From Octopus sinensis (taxonomy: Eukaryota): a DNA stretch of 64,000 bases. The notes beneath the pieces are model-generated. The model did not search any database, had not been told where the DNA came from, and saw only the letters and a program-made list of their open reading frames with translations. Position 1 is the stretch's first letter. Every line of letters starts with the position of its first letter. Of this stretch, positions 13,601 to 26,405 are shown one piece after another. A program made the position numbers and the translations under genes. Where the stretch lies: assembly GCF_006345805.1 (NCBI RefSeq), contig NC_043009.1:30132001-30196000 (forward strand), written 5' to 3'.

Positions 13601-14223
13601 AAAAAGATAATCAAAGTCAGGGAGAGTAATAATAATTTGTTATTTGTAGGTTAACTGAAATAATAATTTAATTTAATTTCAAATGGTTGAACGCTCAAAA
13701 CTTCAGAAACATCGTACGTAGTGTTGATCTATATCGAGGTGAAAGTGCGACTCGATTTTAAAGCAGAAGAGAATTGTATGAAATCAACCAACGGAGTACG
13801 AGTGTTTATCTATCACAGAATTGTGAAAGGCTTTGTAGAACTGAGACGAATTGGAAATCTGCATGGAAAGAAATATAAGTGTATGCTGCAAGTCATTTCA
13901 ATGAACGCAATGCTGATTGTAAAAATCCAACACAAATCAAGTACAATTTTAATAGTAAGAGAAAAAAAAAATGTTTATCTTACGTTGCCTAAGTACAAAT
14001 GAATGTAGACTTTGATAATATATTTAAAAGTGATGTTATCCGACGTTGGAAGCAGCTGCTTCAAACTACAAGTCTCTAGTGACGCCATAGGACTAATAAA
14101 AGTAATAATTTCCCCTTGTCTCTGTATCCACACACATACACACATACATTCATATATGAATATACGTATATATACGTACTCAAATATAGATATATATATA
14201 TATATGCACACACAAACACATGC

Positions 14224-14280
<57 letters not shown>

Positions 14281-14978
14281 GTATAAGTGGAAGGGGGAGG
14301 TACAGAAGGGTACTGCAGTGAGAACAGGTGATCCAGGCATGTATAAGTACATGTGCTCACTCGCGTGCGTGCGAGTCTAATATCAAACTTTCTATCTAGT
14401 CTCTCTCTCTCCATCTCTCCCTCTCTCTATCTTCTATTCATCTCCATGACTCTTTGCTATTCTCTGTACCCATCATTAGCTAATCTCTCTATCTCTCTGT
14501 TTTTCTCTCCACCCCATCTTTGGAATCAGGTGACCATTCCGTTTCTTCTAGCATCAATTCTTTCTCTGATTCACTGCTGACTTCGTCGGTTATGCTTACT
14601 TCAAATCTTGCCATACCATTCTACTTTTCTTTCTAACTTATCTTTCTGTCTTTCTTCTGCAGTCCTCAGGGGCAACATCCTGAACACTTCTGAGGGTTCT
14701 TGAGAGAATTGGGTACTTGAATGATATGCACCAGGTAGGGTTGAGTTAACTTGTGATCACCACCTTTCGTCGAATAAATATCCCGTATAATATCCAGGTT
14801 TTGCACACACAGGTAAATTGATCAATTAAATGTAGCCACTTCAAACAGCCGTAATGTATTTACACCTGTACATCCTTGTTACTTATTTACTTTTTGTTCC
14901 CCTACCTTGGAGCTGTGCGGACTATATCGAAATGCCAAGGTGCCTCTATTTAAGTACCTAATTCAACTGAATATATAC

Positions 14979-15008
<30 letters not shown>

Positions 15009-15015
<7 letters not shown>

Positions 15016-15240
15016 GGTCCCGGGTTGAGTCGGGGTTAACCACAGTAAATAAGGTACTCAATACATGGCACAGTAAATAAATTTATTTTATAGAAGAAGC
15101 TTCTACAGGACTAGAACTGTTTCATTCAAAAGAAATCATCCTGTAGAAGCTCCTTCTATAAAATAACTTAATTTACTCTGCCATGTATTGAGTACCTTAT
15201 TTACTGTGGTTAACCCCGACTCAACCCGGGACCTACATAT
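15009..15240. mobile_element. Fold-back / MITE-like element: about 62-bp perfect terminal inverted repeats in a near-palindrome, TA at both ends
   Basis: 15009-15070 is the exact reverse complement of 15179-15240; imperfect arms continue about 40 bp inward. Confidence 0.8.
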
Positions 15241-15330
15241 CCTAGCACACCCCAGTGCCCTTATAACCATCGAATGATTTCTTTTGAATGAAACAGTTCT
15301 AGTCCTGTAGAAGCTCCTTCTATAAAATAA

Positions 15331-15371
<41 letters not shown>

Positions 15372-15884
15372 CACATAAAATATCTGGTGATTATGTAAGG
15401 ATCTGGTGATTATGTAAGGATTAACAGGAGAAATGTGATATAAATAACTACATTTTTTTGCCGAGATGGCATATATTTGTACCACATGAAAATCTATATA
15501 TTCTTTCGATTTCAGCAATTGATCTACAAGAAATTTCTCAAATACTCCAATGATGTTGGTTAAGATATGTCAGGTAGGTTCAGCTGTATTTGTTGACGTC
15601 TAAATCATAGGAATATTGCCTTTTTGTTGGAGGAAGAAAACAAAATCAATGTGACAATTCTTTGCGATCTTCCAAGTAAAGAGAAGGTAATTCGGAGGCA
15701 TTAAGTATTAATTTCATAGAAAATTGAATTTTCATTCTTAGGAGGAAACTTTGATCTAAGTCAGCAGGCGAAGAGGCAACTTACATTATCAGCTGGATTC
15801 GGTTTGCGTGCATTTATGTTCTCGCACGTATTTCCGCCCACTCGGCCAAACGCATACACTAACTCACAAATATTATACCTATCC

Positions 15885-16302
15885 GGCGGCGAGCTGGCAG
15901 AAACGTTAGCACACCGGGCGAAATGCTTAGCGGTATTGCGTCTGTCGTTGCGTTCTGAGTTCAAATTCCGCCGAGGTCGACTTTGCCGTTCATCCTTTCG
16001 GGGTCGATAAATTAAGTACCAGTTACGCTCTGGGGTCGATATAATCGACTTAATACCTATGTCTGTCCTTGTTTGTCCCCTCTATGTTTAGCCCCTTGTG
16101 GGTAATAAAGAAATAGAAATAGGTATTGCGTCTGTCGTTGCGTTCTGAGTTCAAATTCCGCCGAGGTCGACTTTGCCGTTCATCCTTTCGGGGTCGATAA
16201 ATTAAGTACCAGTTACGCACTGGGGTCGATGTAATCGACTTAATCCGTTTGTCTGTCCTTGTTTGTCCCCTCTATGTTTAGCCCCTTGTGGGCAATAAAG
16301 AA
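15885..16302 (+). mobile_element. Dimeric SINE family M with 19-bp target-site duplication
   Basis: acaaatattatacctatcc at 15866-15884 and 16303-16321; body repeated twice. Confidence 0.9.
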
Positions 16303-16479
16303 ACAAATATTATACCTATCCACCCAGACACATGTCCCTTCCAATACTCTGCATATGTACGTGTGTGTGCGCGCGCGCGTGCGTGCGTGTTTTTTGAATT
16401 TTTACATAGAGATATACACACATAGCAGTAATACAAGAGTGGGATTGTAGAAATATGATTCTGATTATACAGTAGTATT

Positions 16480-16855
16480 ATTTTTATCACGTGCTTTTAC
16501 TGCACTACCGAGGTCAGCTGTGTGCACCTTCGGTATGTGCTATGTTTTGTTGTTGTGCTCATATTTTCACTGTGTTGAAATTGTTTTACGTAGGAGGTGT
16601 GCGGTGCCTAGTAGTGCTATTTTCTGTATGTTATAAATACTTGTTAGTCCTGGTGTTTTTGTTATGTATTTGTCTGAATATTCTTTTATCATACCTAATG
16701 CACCTACTATAAGATTTGCTGCTGTTTTTAGGCTCCCAATTCGAGTTACCTCTATTTCCAGATCTTTGTATTTTGAAAGTTTCACCATTTCTTTTAGAGA
16801 AACGTTATCATCTGTTGCTATTTATACATCGATTACAATGTATTTCTTCCTATTA
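16480..16855 (-). mobile_element. RLE non-LTR retrotransposon 3' fragment
   Basis: KLSKYKDLEIEVTRIGSLKTAANLIVGALGMIK...IQKIALLGTAHLLRK; ATT-rich borders. Confidence 0.85.
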
Positions 16856-17659
16856 TTATGATTATTATTGTTGTTGTTGCTATTCACACAACGCTGCGTA
16901 AGTTTTGCTATTACTCCTATTGTTATACATTGTTTTACATTGTACATTTGTTATCGCTACTTAGTTAATCAAAGCAGGACCTTGGAGAACTGGTTAGTTC
17001 TTTCCAATTTGTAACCCTTGTGATCTATTTTGGGATTTGTTTGTGTTACAGCGCCTACCTTTTTTTTTCGCTAACATAAAAGATGGCGAACTAGTACAGT
17101 CTGTCTGTTAAAAAGAACAGCGGGATATTAACAAGACAGAACAGCCAAGTTGAGCAAGAAAGCAACAACAACATCAACAACAACAACAGCACACGTGGAA
17201 CGTATGAAAATGTATTCCCTTTGCTTCTTTTCTTTCTCTTTACTACTGCAGAAACAAAAGAAAATTACAAACACCAACAGCAAAAGTGAAAACACTACCA
17301 TCTCCACCGCTACCACTAGTACCACCAGCAGCAGCAGTAGTAGTGGTAGCGACATCAACAATACGTGAGATAGCAACAGTAGCAGCAGCGATAGAAACAA
17401 CAAGGATAACAAAAGCGTCACCAATAGCAAGAACACGTTTGCAGTGGCAGCAGCCAAAACGACACCACGATTCAGACTAGACTTCACAAACAAAGATGAA
17501 AGCTTACCCAAGCCTGGAAACTCATCAAACACGAGCAAACCTGGGCCAATCTAATATGCATGATAGCACACCCATTCAGTTAAGATCAGAAGCTATGACA
17601 GCCACTACGTGATGCTGCATAAGGGCATTTATTATAATAATAATAATTATTATTATTTT

Positions 17660-17843
17660 TTAGCGTGCTTTCACTTCACTACCGAGCGCAGCTCTGTGTG
17701 CCTTGGGTATGTGCTGTGATTTGTTGTGATGCTCTGATGGTTATTGTATGGAAAATGTTCTGCGTAGGATTTGTGTAGTGCAATTTTTCTGTATGTTATA
17801 TCTGTTTGTAAGTCCTGGTGTTTTTGTTATGTATTTGTCTGAA

Positions 17844-17848
<5 letters not shown>
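17660..17848 (-). mobile_element. Short 3' end of the same RLE family
   Basis: Similar to 16490-16680; bordered by TAA/ATT repeats on both sides. Confidence 0.8.
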
Positions 17849-17926
<78 letters not shown>

Positions 17927-17934
17927 GTTATTGA

Positions 17935-18425
17935 GTGAGAGAGCAGTTCATACCATCAAAGTGACACTGGGGTAAAATATACGAAGCCCAATATACCCAT
18001 CATGACTACCCGTCTGATAAAGGTACACCAGGCACATGCATCACAACCATATGTGCGCGACATGGTGATCTCATATCAAGATAAACAGCACATGACCTTG
18101 CAGGTGGGGCCCAGTTAGAATTTTCTTCAGGTTGAGTAGCCCATCCCGCTCAAACGGTCCCTGAATAAGGGTTGTTTAAGGATGTTGAAAGAACCACCCA
18201 TGTTTCCAGAGGTGAACTATTCAAACCTCAAAGAATCCCTCTCAACACATGCATATGATGCTCCCCCACTACTTCTGCTCGTGATCAGAGATGCACATAT
18301 CGTCAGCCACTAAGGGACATGCTCAACTGGTTAAGGTTAAACAACTGACGAGCAAATCTGTGGCATTGAGCAGAATATTTGCTGTAGCCCATCTTTTATA
18401 CCAAGACAAAACAATGTACATGATA
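17935..18425 (-). mobile_element. Unclassified interspersed element ending in an (AAT)n tail
   Basis: GC-richer non-coding block between (TTA)n 17850-17934 and (ATT/ATC)n 18428-18557; minus strand ends ctctcactc(aat)n. Confidence 0.55.
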
Positions 18426-18452
18426 ACTATTATTATTATTATTATTATTATT

Positions 18453-18558
<106 letters not shown>

Positions 18559-18559
18559 G

Positions 18560-19870
18560 AAAACTCAGCTTATTTTGCTGGGTTTGGTGGAAAGTGACAG
18601 TTGTCCACAGCCAGCAGACTAATGTGGCACTTGTTTACTAGTCATGCTTCAAGAACACTACCAAGAATTAATGCAGTTCCAAGTAATGCAAATTTCTGTA
18701 GGTTTTCTACCTTCATACTTGCACCGATCATTTTCAGCCATGTTGGTAGTTGAGTGCTGATACTTCCAAGTGCACCAATTATTATAGCTATCACGTCTAC
18801 TCTCTTCATGGACCACAACCTTCGTATTTCCCACTTTAAATCGTCATAGTTGTTTATTTTTTCTTCTTCACATGGGGCATGCTATGTCACCGGGACATGC
18901 TACGTCGATTAACATACAAGTTCTTTCTTCTTTCTTCACCAAAACAATGTCCGATATCGCACTGGATCATTACATCCCACAGGATTTTGCAGTTCTCATC
19001 TTCGGTGACTCCTTATGGGGTTTTCTCATACCACGTCTTTGTTCTTTGTAGGTCGTGATTTTCATAGAACTCCTAATGCATCATTCTTGCAACATTGTCA
19101 TGGCGTCGTTTCTATTCGCGTTGTGCCAATTTCGAGCATCCGCTAACGATGTGCCATACCGTTTCATCCCTATCACCACACAATTTGCTTTTGCTGCAAT
19201 TTGTTCCTATAACTAGTCCTTAGCGCTTTTTCCTGAGCTGCGCATATGAGTACTTCTGCGTCTATCTCCAGGTCACTCCTCCTCGTGCATATCCACCTGC
19301 CCTCTCTATCTGTCTTAACGTTCACATCTCTTGCAAACTATCCGTATATTTTTTACCTTCCATGCCTCTTGTTTTCTTTTATGTTCATTTCTTGTTTAAA
19401 TTTTTCTTTCATTACACTATTTACAGTTTTGATGACGCCGGCCTACTTCATGTGTTTCAACAGTAGCTCCATGACATTTTTTATATACAACCCTAGGCTG
19501 TTTTCCTATGCGTCGATACAGTGCTGGTAGCTGATGAAACCTCTTGCACCTTTTCTTCTGGACAAGTACATTCTATCGGTGCCACTCTCAGGGTGGAAGT
19601 TTCCGTGTACTGTCAACCTTTTTATGGTCTTGCTATCCATTTTCTTCACTTCTCTCTTTTTCCATTTCATAATTCCTGCTCCATACCGAAGTGATGTTAT
19701 TGCCCACGTATTAACTGTTTGGATTATATTTCATACAGTCAGTTTTGAGAGCAACACCAACCTCAATCCTCGGAAATACTCCATCCTCTGCTCTTTCATT
19801 TCCTTTCCCATTATCGCGTTGCACTGTATTACACCAAGGTATTTGTATCCTTCCGTTTCAATTTGTTTTA
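18560..19870 (-). mobile_element. RLE non-LTR retrotransposon remnant (RT C-terminal region, CCHC zinc knuckle, PD-(D/E)xK endonuclease)
   Basis: Minus frames give INTW-like VNTWAITSLRYGAG, CGDRDETVWHIVSGCSKLAQRE*KRRHDNVAR, KILWD, IDVACPG, IIIGALGS, LQKFALLGTALIL, with stops and frameshifts. Confidence 0.9.
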
Positions 19871-19916
19871 TTGTTATCATTATTGTTATTATTATTATTA
19901 TATTATATTATTATTA

Positions 19917-19955
<39 letters not shown>

Positions 19956-20825
19956 CATTATTATTATTATATTATTATTTAAGATGAGACATACTTTTCC
20001 CTGTGATTCCTGTTAATTTTCCCGTGAATTACCACGCTCATCAGCTTGTTGTTTTGCAGAAGCACAATACATTGCCAATGATTAGGTTAAATTGTTGGTC
20101 AGTAAGCTATCTAAAAGCTACATTATCCATTATACTATGTGTCTAGTTTGTACACAATTGTGGAATCGAACAGAATAGAATCAAATTTATGATTAAATTG
20201 TGAATATACTTAACATAAATAAATCTGGTTTTAGAATTTATTAATACATCTTATCTGCCGTGTCTGTTCTTCCATATTGTTTTTCCAGTAGAAGAAATAA
20301 AGAGAGCACTACGTCATTTTGCAGTAAAGAATAACGATAGAGAATTAACAATAATAATTGCGGATAATGTGACACAAGCACCTAACGACCAAGCCACCAG
20401 CGGTGTTTTCATACTTCTAGTACAACAGCGGAAGGAGAGAGAAAGAGAGAGGGAGAGAGAGAGTAAAATCAGTGGAAAAGCACAATAGCTTTGGAGTGAG
20501 GAAGTGACAGTTTGATATCTCACACAGAATCCTTCTTTAGAGAAATAGAGAGTCTAATCGTACAAATAAAGCATAATGAGTTGTTTTGGAAACGAGCAGC
20601 GCGTATTTGTGCAAACTGCTGGATCTCAACTTGAGGATTCTGTTCTGCAAGATGTACATCATTTCATCCCCAGACCTATGACAAATAGTCAAATTCTTAC
20701 TGTCTTTAATGAAAATAAGAATGTTTTCAGTCCTGTGGGTTGCGCCTCCATAACCCAGCGGGTTATGGAGGCACAAACACACCAACACCGGTTTTCAAGT
20801 GTGGTGAAAAGAAAACAAACACAAT

Positions 20826-20890
<65 letters not shown>

Positions 20891-21339
20891 CACGCATATA
20901 TATATTGATTTAGGAGTAATAGTGTCAAGCAGTGTTTGGGCATAAGCGAAGTTTATGCTAGTTAAACTATGTTTGTGATATATTTCAGCTTGTATAGGAA
21001 AATTCCCTGCAGCTTTCGTGGAGAAAAATTCTCTTATGATAGACTTAATTAAATCCGTAGCTTTACCTAAAACTCAGTCAACAACATTCAACACAAAGGA
21101 ACTCGAACAAGACCACAACAGATCCTTTTCCAAAGTTACCTCGTTAATGGTGAACATTCCAGAAAGTTAAACGAAGGCATGGCATGTCCTATCCACGAAG
21201 AACTATGAGAGCATGTGCCAAAAGTTATAGGCCTGGCACTTCAACCTTTCAGGTTGAATTACATATCGCTTGATTACACGCGGCTAAGTCTTTCAGGAAT
21301 CGCGTTTTGCATTAATGGTATGTTACAAGGCTCTTGTTA

Positions 21340-22301
21340 TTCGGCAAGAATGCTAGTGTGACATAGAAGTTTTGTGGGTAGTTGTCATTGGTCTGACGTT
21401 CGCAGAGGCGTTAGAGGTGGTCATCCTGGATCTTTTGTTATTTGCAGTGGTCTTGAGTGATGGATCGTATTTCTCAAACTCAATGTCTGCTGGAACTTGA
21501 TCAGTTGGCTTACAATCCTTTTGTGGAAACTCCAAAAATGAACGCTGTTCAGCAGCTGCTCTCCGCATACCGTCTATATATTTTTTCCGTCTTAGGCGTA
21601 GTGCGTGCACCATCCACATAGTTCCAAGAGGGGCGGCATCATGTTTTGTGTCCTTGTTCATCCTGGTGGAGTTGTTTGTCTCCTCAGAGCCAGATTTCCA
21701 TGGCCTTAGGTCGAGAGAAACAGGTGCTGCAGCTCACATGGGATTTCAGATGAATTAAGCCAATCTGCAGCCTGTGTCAATGACTCAATGACCGCAGCTA
21801 ACATTTATAAAGAATTTGCAAGCTGTTTGGACTTTCTTTATTCTAGAGCTATTGTCTTCGTAGGTTCTACTTCTTGCTTTTGCACTCGCCATGGACATAA
21901 GGCTATCCTCGTCTTGCTTGCTTGTTCATACCTTCATCCCCATCCTTTACTTCTGTTTCTGCTGGTCATCCATTTCTTTAGTGTTGCTGTACTCTTTAGG
22001 CTCACCGTTGTCCAGAGTACTGACGTCTGTTTTGTTATATCCCCCTCTAGCAGTATCGCTTTAACACTTCTCTCAATCCATTGTGTCACTGTTTCCTTTT
22101 CGACTTGTGTCTTTAACTCATCTTTGAATATATGTGCAATCCCGAAAATAGTAGATTTGCATATAGATAGTGTAAATCGAGTGAATGAATTTTAAGATTC
22201 TTTTTATTGACAGCAACAAAAAGCTGTTCGACAGTCGACAAAGCTACGATGGCGTCGGGAGACAAAAACGTTTTAACTACTGATAAAAACAGATTTTCCA
22301 T
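21340..22301 (-). pseudogene. Decayed intronless coding-like sequence of unknown identity
   Basis: gccATGG start at 22301; successive frames MENLFLSVVKT..., CKSTIFGIAHIFKDELKTQVEKE..., MNKDTKHDAAPLG...FEKYDPSLK; microsatellite-free and GC-richer than the flanks. Confidence 0.35.
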
Positions 22302-22915
22302 GGCTTAGTCCATCGCAGTAGACACGAACGTTAAGTTATACTAGCAAATAGATAAGATCTGATATGTTCAGATAAGTTAGAAATGTGGCAGTTGCATATA
22401 AATCTGTCAGAGGAAGGTCTAGAGTGTTATCTCTACCTGTTGGTTTACTGACAATCCGTTACACACCAAATGAACGTTACTTATACGGGGCAACAGACAA
22501 TAATGTGTATAAGCATTCCTGGGCATTTTCTTATATCGCTTATTGATTCGTTTATAAACGTGACACTCTGTGTACCAAAATAACTCAGGCTTTACGTGTT
22601 TCACTTATCAGAAATAAAATTTTCGGGAAATGTCGTTTACAGAAGCGTATGTGACTTAATACGGCCAAACTTTTGGAAAACAAATGTTATACGCCAAACT
22701 CTGAGTAGCAACAACAATCATACACTTTGTGAGTTTTGTTTCCATATAATGTTTGAAATACACACACACACATATATATATACACACACACATATATGAT
22801 AGAGAAAAAGACAGATACGTAGAGATACTCCCATATATGAACATCAGTGTACGTTCTTTGGCACATGTTATATACATATAGATCGCTCTCTTTTTCCTTT
22901 TCCCTCTCTCTCCAG

Positions 22916-22958
<43 letters not shown>

Positions 22959-22987
22959 CACACATATACATACTCATATATATATAT

Positions 22988-23044
<57 letters not shown>

Positions 23045-24489
23045 CACACACATACATACTCATATATGTATATCTATATATTTTTGCGTATATATATATG
23101 TACACACACACATATATATATATAACGCTCGATCACACAGGCGCGCGCGCACAAATCAGTTTCTATTAACCGTACGCATGCAATCACTTACATTTGCACA
23201 AACATGCCTTTGATGTATAGGTTCCAATATTTGTATTTCTTTTCTTGTTTCTTTTCGTCTTGGAATTCTTCTGGGATTTTGGTCCAGAATTAGGATTTAT
23301 TTATGTGATAAAATTTCTTTGCATGGAAAGGAAAAGAAATATATATTAAGAGTATTTTTCCCGATGTTCAAGACGTACGACCACTAATATGTAACTGACC
23401 ACACTTGCGCGTCAACAGGACTTCAATATCTGCTGCAAATTTGAGATAGAAAAGTATTTATGTGATTGATCTTGTTTATAGTTTATTTTTTGTTCTTTTC
23501 TCCCATTATTTAAGGAATATACCAATCGTTAATGACATTTTCAGACTATTTTGTTTGTTTAGATAATTTCCGGTTGGTGATAACTAAATGCGTTCCTTCT
23601 TGGTAAAACCAATAACAAAACAAAAATAGGTAAGTAAATATCATCTTCGCCCTCCACTTAATAAAAGAAATAAAGGTCTGATTGTATGAAGCATATGTAA
23701 ATAGAAATATGGCTCTCTGTTCTAAATAGTTTTATGCATTGGAGTAAACATGAAGTTTTAGCGGAAACTTTTATTTATTTTTTTCATTGTTAGGAAACGT
23801 TGCTTGAACCACACGAATACCGAGTGTGAATAAGTCAAGATAAGCTTTTACCAAATGATCTCGACAAACAATTTCAGAATATTGCATTGGTTCTTTTTTA
23901 TTCTATTTATTTCACTATTTATCAATTCATTTTATTTAGTTGTTATATTAGCATTGTTCCAGTGTGCTGTTGTGGTCGGTAGGAAATACACGTTACGCAA
24001 AATGCGTCTCACAGGTTCTACTTCCAATTGAATCCACTCATTTAAGTTTATACATTTCACGCTCTAAGTTGAGCCTAAATAAATAGTGTGAACCCCGATA
24101 CAGTAGCGAATCACACCTCTCTAGAAATACATCGACACAATTACTAAAAATTACCTTGTCTTATTTATTGGTACAATTAACATAACTAACAATAACATTG
24201 AATCAAGCGGTTTCAGAGACCTAAAGTGTCACCCGACCTGTTAGATAACGCAGCCTATTTCCTTGAAAAAAGAACCACATTATATATAATGCAATATTGT
24301 GTACACAAGAGTCGAGAAAATCACGTCTGAACTGATTAACTCAAAACTCCGCTGCGTATGTTACAAGGTTTGATTTGTATCTTGACCTTAGAGACAAAAC
24401 CCACGATGATATACATAAGATGCACCGTTACTACAAGTTTAGCTCACCTACTATAATCCAATATAAGATATTTTTTAATACTCCATCTC

Positions 24490-24670
24490 GTAACCACGTA
24501 TGTATCGTTGGCGATTTTCTTCCTCCGTCTACCCTTCCTTTGGACTTTCCTCTATTTCTGAAGAAGAGCTTTGTTCGAAACGTTAAATCCTCTTTCCTTC
24601 CTTTCCTGAGCATCTCATAATACATTACTCGTACCACGTCCTCGCATTATTGTTTTTTCTTGTTTGTTCT
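24490..24670 (+). mobile_element. Penelope-like terminal remnant
   Basis: Homologous in opposite orientation to 50985-51120; carries CTGAAGA...CGAAACGT. Confidence 0.55.
24554..24588 (+). ncRNA. Candidate minimal type-I hammerhead ribozyme
   Basis: attt-CTGAAGA-a-gagc-ttt-gttc-GAAA-CGTT-aaat: stem I 4 bp, stem II 4 bp, palindromic ACGT stem III, GUU cleavage triplet. Confidence 0.5.
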
Positions 24671-25403
24671 TCTTTGTTTGGATCCACTATATGTATAAAT
24701 ATACATCGTTGTTATAATTCAATAATGCCGTAAGTTCAAATCGTTGCTTTTGCAAAACACGAAAAATAGTTTCACCATTCCATTTCGTTTTACATTAGTA
24801 ACAGTTCCAGCTTAACAATAATACTTTGCTGCGTAAATTTATTTTTCAGTTGAAACAAAGACTAATCAATACATTTAGCAGTTCAATAGATAACTTCACT
24901 AATTTAGTTAAACTTCTATCAATACCATATTGAAACCAATTAATCCGACTTCTATGCTTTTTTTCTTTTTTCTAAGTGAGGCCTTTATGTGTGTGTAAGT
25001 GAAAACCAAGCATAAATCACTTCTGATAGTATGTTACCGCTCAACCTTTCAGTTGCTATTTCAGCTTACTAACGACTTGACTCCGTTCACCATGATACGT
25101 AGTTACTCTAACAGATAACAAGACTATCTTCATCCAATATACAAACAGCTGTATTACTATTCATTTCACTTTCATTCTGTTTGCATTTAACGGAAATTAC
25201 CATTCACCATATTGCACATGATAGGCGGGTTGCAAAATTTCCATTTGCAATTTTCCTATAGTGATGAAGGTATTCGCTGTAATAGGTCAATTAAGCACTG
25301 GCTGGATTATATTAGCCGTGTTCATAGGCATGAAAGGCACTGAATTATGTGAATGAGTTCAGTTGACTTAATAAATATACTCGGAGGAAACAATGTGGAC
25401 TAA

Positions 25404-25580
25404 ATGAAGCAAATTATGGTCTCTTGTATTTGCTTTGTTTTACTACTTAGTAAATGTCTAAATTCTTCAGGTAGAATTTCTAGTTGCAATTATTTTGATT
25501 GTAACTACCGAGTATCTGAATTGATAGAATGTCAGACATCTACTTCTAGAGATGATGGTTCATTTCCTATAACTGATTAA
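25404..25580 (+). CDS. Candidate small secreted protein, or signal-peptide exon ending at 25470
   Basis: MKQIMVSCICFVLLLSKCLNSSG signal-like start; phase-1 donor CAG|gtagaa at 25470/25471; the unspliced ORF is 58 aa. Confidence 0.2.
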   Translation: MKQIMVSCICFVLLLSKCLNSSGRISSCNYFDCNYRVSELIECQTSTSRDDGSFPITD

Positions 25581-26267
25581 TCTAAAAATATAACGAATTT
25601 AGTAATGTTGCAAATCCCAAGAATCTATAAACTTAGTGCTCGAATCCAAAATTAGTACTTTTATATAACATATGTGTAAGGAAAACTTCTTTATCATAAT
25701 GCTAGTCCATTGCTTGGAGCTTTCACACGAATGAAATTTTTCTGCACTTAAGCTGAACCAAGAGAAGTAGAATTTACACAAAAGATTCCAACTCGCAACA
25801 AATTTATTGTCTCTGAATTTCAATTCAGCACTATTTTAGGCCCAGGAGGTTGATGGTTGAAACAGCTGACGACTGATAATTGCTCACGCAGTTTTAAAGA
25901 GGAATCATAAAGGTGTACAGCACATACAACGTAATATTGTTTATTTCCAGATGCAGAAGACATAAGATCAAAGACACTCCTTTCATGACCATCTCGTTTT
26001 TATGGTATATCTAGAACTACGCCATTTATTATGTGTCTTTTGGTTGTTTAAAAAAATAACTGGAGTATGATCTGACGAAGATTATGCTGCTGTTCCAATC
26101 ATTTCAAACGACAATGTTGAGTAGTTCTTCTATTTAACATTGTATCATCCTGTGGGTTGCGTATACAAGAGAGATAACTGGAGTGCTTTTAGATTTTTAT
26201 GTGTACAGTTTTTTTGTTTTGTTTCTTATCTAAATAATAACTTTAAACAAATGTAATTTGATTATAG

Positions 26268-26405
26268 TCTGCTCGTTAATCGCAATCATAAAAATTACGA
26301 CCTCCAAAACAATAATAGACTTCATGCTATGAATAACCACATAAGCAAAGCCGAATACACAACATCAGCGTTTATAACATTGGATTACAATTGGGTGATG
26401 CTGTG
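26268..26405 (+). CDS. Candidate internal exon, unknown product
   Basis: 138 nt open, phase 2-2, donor TG|gtaagt; LLVNRNHKNYDLQNNNRLHAMNNHISKAEYTTSAFITLDYNWVML. Confidence 0.2.

Noticed and set aside
20744-20772. Perfect 13-bp hairpin as a terminator or miRNA
   Set aside because: 3-nt loop, too short for a pre-miRNA; the right arm is the edge of a SINE T fragment, consistent with a local inversion
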